DNA of 64,000 nt from Octopus vulgaris (Eukaryota). The notes under the pieces were generated by a model. That model searched no databases. It had not been told where the DNA came from and worked only from the letters and a program-made list of their open reading frames with translations. Where the stretch lies: assembly GCA_951406725.2 (NCBI GenBank), contig OX597816.1, forward strand, positions 50,158,001 to 50,222,000, given 5' to 3'. The position numbers and the translations under genes were made by a program. Of this stretch, positions 53,299-64,000 are shown piece by piece. Within the stretch, counting starts at the first letter, position 1; each line of letters begins with the position of its first letter.

Positions 53299-54238
53299 TT
53301 CATTAGTTTTTATCCTCTGAAACAAACCTGTGCTAACGGCTATGTTTAGCTTATTTTAACTATATTACTAGAGAGACAAGCATATTTTTAATGCGTGTGT
53401 TTGCTTGTACATATATTCCAAATGTGTACCTGCTTATGTATACAGCCAGCAGTCTTTCGCAAGCGAGTGTAGCTTTCGCTTATGGTACCAGTTTTCTCTG
53501 TGGCAGTGTAATGACACAAGTTTACACTCAGCTAACTCACCTTCGACGTAGCTAGCCATCGAATATATGGAATCTGGAGTTTTTGGGGGGTTGCATTAAA
53601 ACACAATATGTAAGTATGACAGCTGATTAGAAACGAGAAACGTGAAATGATATGCGTTACATAAAAGCAACACCCAGAATCGAATCGACGCTTTTGTGAT
53701 GCTAAGCTGAACACACTAACCAGCGTCTAGGCACTATCATTCGAATCTGAAAGCAGTTGAGATTCTATAAGGAAGAAAGAAAAACAAAGTTGTTAAGCTA
53801 ACCAAAAACCGTCAGACGTGAAAGCCAGTCTATCGTTTTGTTGCAACTATATGTTTTAAGGCGATATTTAGTATAGCATAATCTTAGTGAAAGAAAATGC
53901 CGCCTGAGAAACGCCAATGAGATTAATAAATGCACCAGTCGAGATAGACACACATCAAAGTACTTGAAGAACAAGTCATACGCTGGCCGTCAAAAGTTAT
54001 ATTCATTCAGCATCTTCTCAACTCAGGCATTATATAACTATTCTCCAAATTTTACTGCGCCTTTATTATTTTTGCCATCGATAAATTACTTGCTCTTTAT
54101 ATATCAATAGAAACCGCTGTTGGTTTGCTTAAATATGCACAAAATATGAAGAAATGCATATCAATTTCCATATTCAACGATGCATGACTACCAGTCAAAC
54201 GGACGTTAACATAGGTAGTAGCAATAATATTAGCTATC

Positions 54239-54305
<67 letters not shown>

Positions 54306-54829
54306 GAGTAGTAGGAGTAGTAGGAGGAGGAGGAGGAGAACAGTCAAGTAACAAGAGAATAGCTAGAGAAAAACAGAATGGAATGTATGTAATAAACATT
54401 TGCTGTATAAAAGTTTCAATAATATAGGAAAAAAATTTAAACTGACCCAAAGAAAATAAGCAGATACGTAGATATAGAGGAACATACTTGAAATATCCGG
54501 AGTAACCAAAATTTTACGCATCTTAAGAAATCGTTTAATGACAAAGGTATTACGTACAAACCATGTTATATATCTTAAGGTATAAGTATCTGTACCAGTG
54601 TATAAATAAGTTTGACTACTGATGCTATCTACGTGGATATTAATGCATACTTATATGTTTTAGGAGTGTAATAAACTATACATAATATACTTCAGCCGTA
54701 TGCCACCTCAATAAACCTTCTGTAAGCCCGTTAAATAGAAGCAAATAATTTATATAAGAAATTTAGAAAACAATTAAATAATGGAATACAAACCTTTTGG
54801 AAGCAATTTTTCAAGTTGTGTATATATAC

Positions 54830-54889
<60 letters not shown>

Positions 54890-54891
<2 letters not shown>

Positions 54892-55676
54892 GGTTCATCC
54901 CACAAATAATGCAGTTTTTTTCAATCGCATGAACTAAAAGTCGATGGCGGACAGAATAAGCTACCTGCATCAACTTGCACTAAAAGGAGGTAGTAATTTT
55001 ACCTTGCCCTTATTCTTAGTGCAAGTTTTGAAGAGTGCAGTTCGATTTTAACAGATATTACAAATGGGCGTATGCGGCATATTTTGCATTATGAGTTCAA
55101 TAAAGGCAGAGAAAGTGCGTTGAATACTAATCCAGTATATGAGGATCGGACAATAAGCGTAAGCTAGTGTCAACATTGATTCCAGAAATTCCGAGCCGGA
55201 AACTACAGCCTAGAAGAAGAGCCTCGTACTGAAAATATGTACAGGTCGAGGAAGACGTCCTGCAAACTTTGGTGAAACAAAATGTCATCGTAACTGTTGA
55301 GGAAGTAGCAGAGACGCTTGGATTTTGTAATTCAACTAGCCATTCAAGTCAGAGCTTGAAGAGACACGACCATGGAAAGAGACACGACCATCTTTCCGAG
55401 ACAAAAAGTGTTCTTCCATCAGGATAATGCTCGGCCACATACAGCATGAATTATATTCCAAAGCCTTGAGCTGTTTGAATGAGAAACGATGCCCACCCAC
55501 ATATTCCACGGACTTTGCCCCATCTGATTATCATTTATTCCGTAGTCTTCAAATTCATTTTGATGGAAAAATATGAATTTTGTAGATAAGCTCAGAACAA
55601 TAGTGGAGTATTTTTCGTCACGGACAAGTGAATTTTGTAAGAAGTACAAAAACTGCATTCTTTATGGGATGGCTAA

Positions 55677-55677
<1 letters not shown>
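54890..55677 (+). mobile_element. Internally deleted mariner element
   Basis: TIRs TTGGTTCATCCCACAAATAATGCAGTTTTT / AAAAACTGCATTCTTTATGGGATGGCTAAA with TA flanks. Motifs RHILHYEFNKG, FQKFRAGNYSLEEEPR, HQDNARPHTA and PSDYHLFRSLQ. Confidence 0.9.
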
Positions 55678-55741
<64 letters not shown>

Positions 55742-57623
55742 TATAGATATATATATGTATATATATAATCATGTATATGAATATACATATGTGTATATAT
55801 ACGCACAGGTCCGTGTGTTTGTTTGTATATATGTATGTATGTGCGTGTCTTTGTGTATGTACATATGTTTTTACATGTAAACGTTTACACACTTACAAGA
55901 TGATTTCCAAATTATTATAATTCATTGGAAAATTATTAATAACTATCTTTTCGGGACGAATACCTGTCTTCGTAAATCTGTTACATACATTAGTGATTGT
56001 AATATTGTTATTATTATTATAATTTTCTTCTTATCTGATTAGTTATATAAAAACTATGCGACTTCGAAACTTGGTAGTATCTTTGTTATTGTCACGCTTA
56101 CACTGTGTTGTGGTGTTTTACTCATAAGTTATCTCTGTGTATCAACTTAAGATGAGAAACCGGATAAAATCTCTTCGGAGTTTTTTCTACTATTCAAAAA
56201 TGCCACTTCAACGATGTCATAGCAATAACTTACAATGCATTATTTTTGCAGTGAAACACAAAATGACCACTGGACATTTTCTATAAATTGTTTAGTGAAA
56301 GTCGGTTGAATGAACTTATTCCATTACGGGTATGAGGTTCCCCGTTATTATACAGAAGATAACAAGAAACCGTTCTCATAACTCAAAAATTTGTTGAAGT
56401 TTCTTCGTCAAAATAGTGAAGAAATCCCAATGTGACACGAATTTAGAAAAGTTACACTATAGAAAGCTATAAGTAGCAAGGTTTAATACTTGAATTCGTC
56501 TTAGACGGGAGAATAAATTCTTTCAGGTGAAGTTAACATTTTTGTACAAGGACACCCAATCTGCTCTGACTAACAACTTTGATGAAATATATACTATTCA
56601 TGAGTCACACCCCATTTACTCATACGTTTTATATCTAAGATTCTATGTTAATCCATCTTCTTTTTTGAATCGGTATGAGATAACAAAGGAAATATATTCC
56701 TATTCAGTTTTCAAAAAGAAGCAACCCGGTCAAATGGATATTGTTTCTTCCTAATACTCTTTCCTTAATCAAAGGAAACGGTATTTGAAAGAAAGTATCA
56801 CTGGTAATTTTCTACTCTATATAGAAATCTATCTTCTACAAATGAATGATAAACATACACACATATCTTTTATTGATCATATTATATTAATGACATTCAT
56901 ATACTTTACAGAAGTAATTCTGTTTCAGAACATATTAGCCTTTCTATTATCGTTATTATTCTATTACAGTTTTCCCCATATTAATTTTTAAAAATAACTT
57001 TTTTCAAATTTTATTTAGATATCCGTATCTTAGTCACAGGAAGGGAGATAATGCTCAAGGAGAAAATATGCTGCAATCCCTTCGAAGTCACTAAAATTAT
57101 AATTACTGAAACAATAAAAAAATTTATGCTAGTCTTGTACTATCCATAGATACACTGCAAAATATCAAAACATCTTGCAAAGCATCCATTATGGAACTCG
57201 TTTAGAGAATCTCGAAATGTTATCGTGTTAGAAAAATAGATATTTCGACAAATTTTGGGAGTTAGACTATCACAAATCTACTTTCAATACTCTATAGATA
57301 TGTTTGTGAAATAACACTATTTCGTGACAATATCAAATGTTTCTAATATTTCTCTAATTATACAAATATGAAGGTGTTTGAAAAATCTGGGACTTCTGCC
57401 TGTGAGAATATGAGCAATTTTTGAAACACTGCAAATAGTGTTACGGCATTTCGAAGAAATATATTTTTTCTATTGTTATCAGTTAGGAAATTGGTAACAG
57501 ATGTAGTAGATAGGAATTCTATCCCTAAAGGTAGTACACAAAGAGATTCGTTAATACATACATATAAGAAAATAAAACATATACATATATATTTATAAAC
57601 ATGTATATATACATATATATATT

Positions 57624-57673
<50 letters not shown>

Positions 57674-58127
57674 CGAAAATGAGAAATGAAAGCATATGGA
57701 AATAATTGTGAGTCAAATATAAGATAGGTGACAGAAATCTAAAAGAGAAAGTATGCAAAACAAGAATACAAACATTTATGTTACGCGTTGTAAATGGACA
57801 TTTTGCAATGGAATATTGAAAAATGTTCACGAAGCACCTTAAACATATGATCCAAATTTTGAGTAGTGAAATGCTGAAAGAGTCACATACGATTCACGAA
57901 TTAGTTTTAAATTCGTTTCGTTACATTTGTTACAATATTTCTAATAGAAAAACAAACTGAACTTTTAATTACATTCTATCTAAAATATTGCCAAATATAG
58001 AACCCGGTTACTGGAAATTTTTATACCAGTAAATATATAACAGACATCATCCGAAAACACAGAAGTACACATAACTGACACATCATCTCATTCTGTTCCA
58101 TTCTGAAATGTATACACACACACACAA

Positions 58128-58158
<31 letters not shown>

Positions 58159-58855
58159 AATACACACACACAAACACACATACGTAAACACACTCGTGCA
58201 GGTGCACATGCGCACACTCACGCACACGGACACACACGTACTAAAAATAAAATCATGGACTGATATATAGATATACATACATGTGTATATATCTTGTGTG
58301 GATAAACTTATTGTACTGTATTAAAGATATATTTCATTAATTTGAAAGCAATTTTTATCAGTATGATGCTTTGCTGAATATACGTAATTCCAGTAATGTT
58401 CACTTTGTCAGGAAACAAAAAGAATACCATTAGAGACCTTAAAAGTGTAAGTTTTTCTATTATAGTTTTTGACAGCTAATAAAATATTTAAATTCCTAGA
58501 CGTTACTTTCCATCACAAAAATCAAGATCTAAATTATAAAATCTCATATCAAACCATTAAAAAGCCTTGATATGTTACATAGTAAAGCGTAAGCTACCGT
58601 AAAGACGCTCTAACTAGAGCTGGCTACATAAAGAAAATAATGAGAGTAATAAACTTAGTCAAATTAATATGAGTTATCTCAGCAATATGCATAATTTTAG
58701 CGTGCGTAGCCATAAGGCTTGCTCAGATAAATGTTACAATCCTAGTAAGGATGAAAAAAAATTGTAAATTAGCTGGGAAGCATCTTAGCAATGTGTACTG
58801 TCTTTATTTGATAACAATTATTTATAATATTGCTATTTCTAGCACCAATATTATC

Positions 58856-58939
<84 letters not shown>

Positions 58940-58964
58940 AAGAAGAATGATAGTAATAATAATC

Positions 58965-59145
58965 ACCAAGTACTCCGAATTGAAAGTGAAAATGGCAAGA
59001 CTATATGGAACACGAGAGGGTAATGTAAAAGTGATCGGAGCGTTGGGATCAATCCCATTGATGCTTCAAAACTTCTTAAGGCAACTGGAAATCCCATGGA
59101 AGATTGATGTCTTGCAAAAAGAAACCATATTGTGTACAGTTGTTT
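58965..59145 (+). mobile_element. RLE LINE C-terminal fragment
   Basis: KYSELKVKMARLY...VIGALGSIP...LEIPWKIDVLQKETIL, directly after (TAA)n(GAA)n. Confidence 0.8.
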
Positions 59146-59149
59146 GCTA

Positions 59150-60757
59150 GAAAGGACGAAGACAACCATAGCAGAGTTTAGCAATGGAATCGGCGGTGGT
59201 TTATCTTGAAAATTTGCTAAGGCAAAAGCAACTTTTGTAAGAAGCAAGCTCATGTAAACATCTTCCTTGATACCGACGCTAACATCAAGGAGCTTGACCC
59301 ACAAGTAAAGCTACAAATACCTGAGGATAAGCGAAGGAGATGTTATACGAAGAAAGTAGTATTACAGGAGATTAAAAATACTAAAAACTGAACTGAGCTC
59401 CAAAAATCGCATCGAAGCCATTAGCATCCTAGCACTTCCGGGCTTCTAATACAGTTCCAACATTTTTAGCTGAATCTTACATGGCTCCAATACCGGGACA
59501 GGAAGACAAGAAAACTGCAAACATCTATGAACATGCACTAACCAAAAGCAGACGATGGTCGTCTGTACCTATCTAGAAGTAATGGGGGAGGGGATATGAT
59601 GGAGGTAGAAGTGTGATATAGGAACTCCACAAAAGCAATGAAGAAGTACATATCTAGTCCAGAGAACTGGATGCTGCGGCTTGTGTGCAAACAGCGAAAA
59701 ATCACTTTCTATTGTCAAGAAAGCTTGCAAATTCGCAAGGGACTCCCGAATTAATCCTGAATTAGATGAAGAACCTGAAGCCACTTTCATCAAACAAGCA
59801 AAACGGATCAAACAAACTTGAAAATATAACGGGCAGAAACGAATTGAGAAGCTGCGGAACCTCTGCATAGATAGTATATTCTTCGAAGCCGAAATGCTGA
59901 TGTAGACCAAGCAACGACCTATCAGTGGTTCAGAAGCTCAGAAGTGAAAGTAGAGATAAAAGGTTTTATATTAGCTGCACAAAGCTTTCTTACCAAAATC
60001 TACCAGGCTAACGTTCTTCAAAACGGTTCTAACCTTACATGCAGATTCTGCGGTACATTTAATGAAACAATAGACCATTTCGTCTCGGGATGTCCTGTGC
60101 TGGCATCAAACAAATACAAAAGTCGCTACAATAGGGTAGGGTAGTATTTACATTGAAAAACACGTAAAGTCTACAAAATCAGCACTCTAATTACTGGTAT
60201 GAACATCATCCTGCGCCCGTCGCTGAAAGTAAAAAAAGTCACTGTCCACTGGGAAATATCCAGTCAACACCGACGGAACGATCCAAGCTAATCGACCAAA
60301 CATAGTTATTAACAAACAGAGAAGAAAATACTTGTAGACTAATAGATGTAAGTGCTCCCACTGATAAAAATATATCTTATTATATTGACAAATTCAGTAA
60401 ATATAAGGAGATTGAGATTGAAATAGAAATGATGCAGCATATTAAAGTGAGAACTGTTCCTGTTATTTAGGTACATTATGTATGATAAGAACAGGATGTC
60501 AGAACATCTAGATAATATCCCAAGAGAACCATGTCTCAGAGAAATCCCAAAGATTGTGCTGACAATTACTGCTCACATCCTTAAACAAACCCTATAAATG
60601 TAAATGGCTGTTTTGTATTACATGAAGATATTTCGCCACTGTCCCTAAACCTTGCCCTCCCCAAGCTTTCAGTCATACTGTAACATATTTATCCATCGCC
60701 CTAGGACGCTGGATGTATCTCGGAAAGTGACTGTAACAAACATGAAAATGAAAGTAA
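59150..60757 (+). mobile_element. R4/Dong-like RLE LINE (RT C-terminus to 3' end), decayed
   Basis: YKYLRI.E, KTELSSKNRIEAISILALP, PKADDGRLYLSRSNGGR, CRFCGTFNETIDHFVSGCPVLA, TIQANRPNIV and TAHILKQTL. Followed by (TAA)n. Confidence 0.9.
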
Positions 60758-60766
60758 ATAATAATA

Positions 60767-60896
<130 letters not shown>

Positions 60897-61009
60897 TAAG
60901 TAGAAGGAAAATAATAAGTATAAAAATAAAGATAAGTTATTTGAAACAAGCAATGTGTTTAATTATCATAAACAAACTAATTTAGATGGAGTAGATTGTA
61001 TCTTTTTGA

Positions 61010-61300
61010 CAATAGAATTGACGGCCAGTTCTGGCGATTGTATTGCACTTAATGCCGGAATTAGGTGTTAGTTCTTCTAGAGTTTTCCGTATGCAGATTA
61101 TTACATATCTGTCGCACCTTCGCTTCAGGAAGTAAAGTTGCAGTTTTTTCGGCTTTTCTGGTGCACTATAAGCTTGGCACACTCTGGTGATTATAAATGA
61201 GATCTTTGTTCTCAGGACGCAGAGAACAAAGGTTCTCCATATGGTCGACATAATTTCTTTGCCTTTCATCATTTCGTTGTCGATGTAACATACCCCTTTC
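61010..61300 (-). mobile_element. CR1-clade LINE fragment, decayed
   Basis: EKPKKLQLYFLKRRCDRYVIICIRKTLEELTPNSGIKCNTIARTGRQ aligns with the ERLK.L.LYSLERRRERY.I.Y.WKILEGL motif. Confidence 0.65.
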
Positions 61301-61404
61301 CACGAACTTGCAGGGCTTGTGCCCAAATTTGAAGTGTATATTATATGCACTAACTTTTCTTAATATTTTCAAGTAATTGCTCTGAACGATTACCTCCCTT
61401 ATCA

Positions 61405-61885
61405 TTCACTTTATCTTTCTCCTTTATTTGTTTCAATCATTGATTGAGACCATGCTGGAGCATCTCCTTTAACTGTGTAGTCGAACGGAATGGCATCAGT
61501 AATATTTTTGAAAGCATAATACTACCTATCTTTCCTTCGTTTGCCGAGGAGCCAATTTACGATGTCATAAAGAAATAAGCACCAGACGTGAAACTTATAG
61601 ATACATACACACCCACAAACACACACACACAAATACACACACAAACACACACACACACACAAACAAACACACACACACGCACACACATACACACACATAC
61701 GTACACAGCCACGCATACATACACACACACGCATGCTAAAACAAACACACACGTAAATAGTAAATATGACGGTCTTACCAAATCATTTGATGGGCTCGGA
61801 GCTATAATACAAGACCGAAAGGTGCAACAGAGTAGGACTGAATCTAGAACCCCAAGGTTGTGAACCAGAAGCAAATTACTCACTG
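61405..61885 (-). mobile_element. Degenerate full-length SINE (family of 8576)
   Basis: TTGTTTCAATCA...CCATGCTGGAGCA is the reverse complement of the 8958-8993 tail. Internal (CA)n; head remnants to ~61885. Confidence 0.7.
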
Positions 61886-62229
61886 GAAAACCATAAATAC
61901 TTCTTGTTTGTAGAATATTACTCTGACTTATACATTAAAAGATCACACTTCACTGAGCAATCTTCCTAACAAGATCTCCCCTCCCGTCTTCGTGGTAGGA
62001 AATACAAATTTACTTTGAACTATATACATAACTAATAAAATTAATTTGCGTAGTTACAGTACCCGCTTACCTAAGGAAATTCTACAGTAATCTAAAATAT
62101 TGGTGACATTTACAATTTCTCTAAATTAATTATCCATATTAGGTTTGAAATTACTTTTCTATGTATGTATCTTTAGGTCTGCGCTTGCATATATATATAC
62201 ATACATACATACATACATACATACATACA

Positions 62230-62265
<36 letters not shown>

Positions 62266-62775
62266 TGTGTGTGTGTGTATGTATATATTTATATACAAAT
62301 GTTTACAACGATCATAGTATTTATAGTTATTGTTGGTGTTGCTGTTGCTGTTATCCATTTCCCTTCTTTTTTAGAATCCTCACTCTACTTCTATTACCTC
62401 AACGAGCTCGAAGTTGACAAAATATCTTACTTTTTCACGACACCCTCTAGAAGAAGCTCTATGGCTAACCCTGTACTCTTTGAAGTACTTGTGGTGTGTG
62501 TGTTATTTTTTTCAGAAATTCGAATTAAGTTTCTTTCTAATACATATGGCGCCATAATGTTTATTAGAATTATTGTTAATTTTCTTGATAAATTTGTGTA
62601 AAGTCTTACAAATGGAATTGGTATATTTAATAAATTCATTGCTTTTTTATGATCTATTTGAAAAGGATTTCTTCTTGTTACTTCAAAATTTTGAATATGA
62701 ATGTCAATGTTTTCCAAATAGGAACTATTATTTGCTGCAGCAAACAAGCAGTTTCGTACTATTCCTGTGGCACAA

Positions 62776-62961
<186 letters not shown>

Positions 62962-63125
62962 ATAAATAATGTATTTATATATATATAGTAGTTTGATTTG
63001 AAAACCCCACTAGAATGGGAGAAAGCGCTAATGATCTAAGTGATATGATATATATATATAAAATGTAATATACAAATAAATATCTATAAATTTAAACCAT
63101 CCGATCTTTTGAGTACCTCATTTCT

Positions 63126-63174
<49 letters not shown>

Positions 63175-63176
63175 AA

Positions 63177-63420
63177 GTTAATCCAAACAAGAAAGCACAA
63201 AAAACACAACGACGCGAGGACGTGGCACAAATATAGTATTATTGGACGCTCAGGAAAGAAAGAAAGAAGGAGGGTTTAACGTTTCGAGCGGAGCTCTTCG
63301 TCGGAAGTATAGGAGAAGGAAAGATCCAGAGAAGGGAAGACAGAGGAAAAAATCGCCAACGGTACACACGTTGTCACACGCGGTCAAACGCGGTCACACG
63401 CGGTACACACGCGGTCACAC
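63177..63420 (-). mobile_element. PLE terminal fragment with minimal HHR (U4C)
   Basis: The minus strand reads CCGACGA-A-GAG-CTCCG-CTC-GAAA-CG-TT-aaac (63308..63274). Homologous to 25287-25497. Short tandem CACGCGGTCA repeats at the truncated end. Confidence 0.8.
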
Positions 63421-63460
63421 ACACACACACACACATATTTATATATATATATATATATAT

Positions 63461-63992
63461 AAGTAGTTGAATGAATTATCCTAGTATCGATAATTCGGTT
63501 AACCGATACCCGGGTAGCAAATTCACGTCAGAAAAACACGGTTGAAGCTGCATGCCAAGGGCAGAGATCACATTCTTTCGTGTGGAAATTTGTGTGTTTT
63601 TTTAATACAAATAAATGAAAGAATGGAGTTCAACGACGATTTAACAAAATTCCTTTACTCTCGACATATGTTTCGAAGACTGCATATTCCTAATTCCGAA
63701 AGAATAAAGGGTGCATTATGCCGCCTTCTCATCAGGAAAGACAAGGAACTTATGTCAGCATCATGATGAACAAAAACTTTTAGAAGACTGCCCACACGGA
63801 GTCCATAGCGATAATGAGTGTTTCTTTAAAATATTCCGTTTAAGCAGTGACGTCAAAAATGGTTGAATGTAGAAGATTCTAGAAAGTTCAAGAACTTATT
63901 CCTTCGAAATTAGGAATATGCAGTCTTCGAAACATATGTCGAGAATAAAGGAATTTTGTTAAATCGTCGTTCAACTCCATTCTTTCATTTAT
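63461..63992. mobile_element. PLE-type terminus with inverted partial copy, in (TA)n
   Basis: 97-bp arms at 63611-63707 and 63896-63992 (about 4 mismatches). Complete HHR on the minus strand. Confidence 0.8.
63658..63740 (-). ncRNA. Type I hammerhead ribozyme with canonical core and long stem II
   Basis: Stem I ctttc/gagag; CTGATGA; stem II GAAGGCGGCATA/TATGCAGTCTTC (54-nt region); GAAA; palindromic stem III ACATATGT; predicted cleavage GUC| between 63663 and 63662. Confidence 0.85.
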
Positions 63993-64000
63993 ATATATAT

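Noticed and set aside
56512-56575. Acceptor-like TTCTTTCAG followed by a short open frame
   Set aside because: No recognisable protein similarity or matching donor; expected by chance.

Overview
AT-rich eukaryotic non-coding DNA, dense in microsatellites ((TA)n, (TACA)n, (TAA)n, (TAG)n) and decayed transposable elements. The SINE and repeat landscape suggests a cephalopod (octopus-like) genome; this is an inference. No intact host protein-coding gene was recognised, and most ORF-track entries are microsatellite artefacts. Recognised elements: a full-length Chapaev3-type DNA transposon with TIRs and TTA TSDs, mariner and DD37D/maT remnants, TA-TSD MITEs, CR1- and RTE-like LINE fragments, several restriction-like-endonuclease (R4/Dong-like) LINE fragments in (TAA)n arrays, tRNA-derived SINEs, a 5'-truncated tRNA-Leu(CAG), and an RFX X-box near the left edge. 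The main hidden structure is about a dozen short Penelope-like element (PLE) termini inserted in (TA)n tracts. Most carry type I hammerhead ribozyme (HHR) motifs, two lie downstream of clear GIY-YIG coding remnants, and several are inverted duplications, including a perfect 132-bp palindrome with a hammerhead on each strand. Some carry recurrent non-canonical cores (CUGU instead of CUGA; a U.U pair closing stem II; very long stem II).
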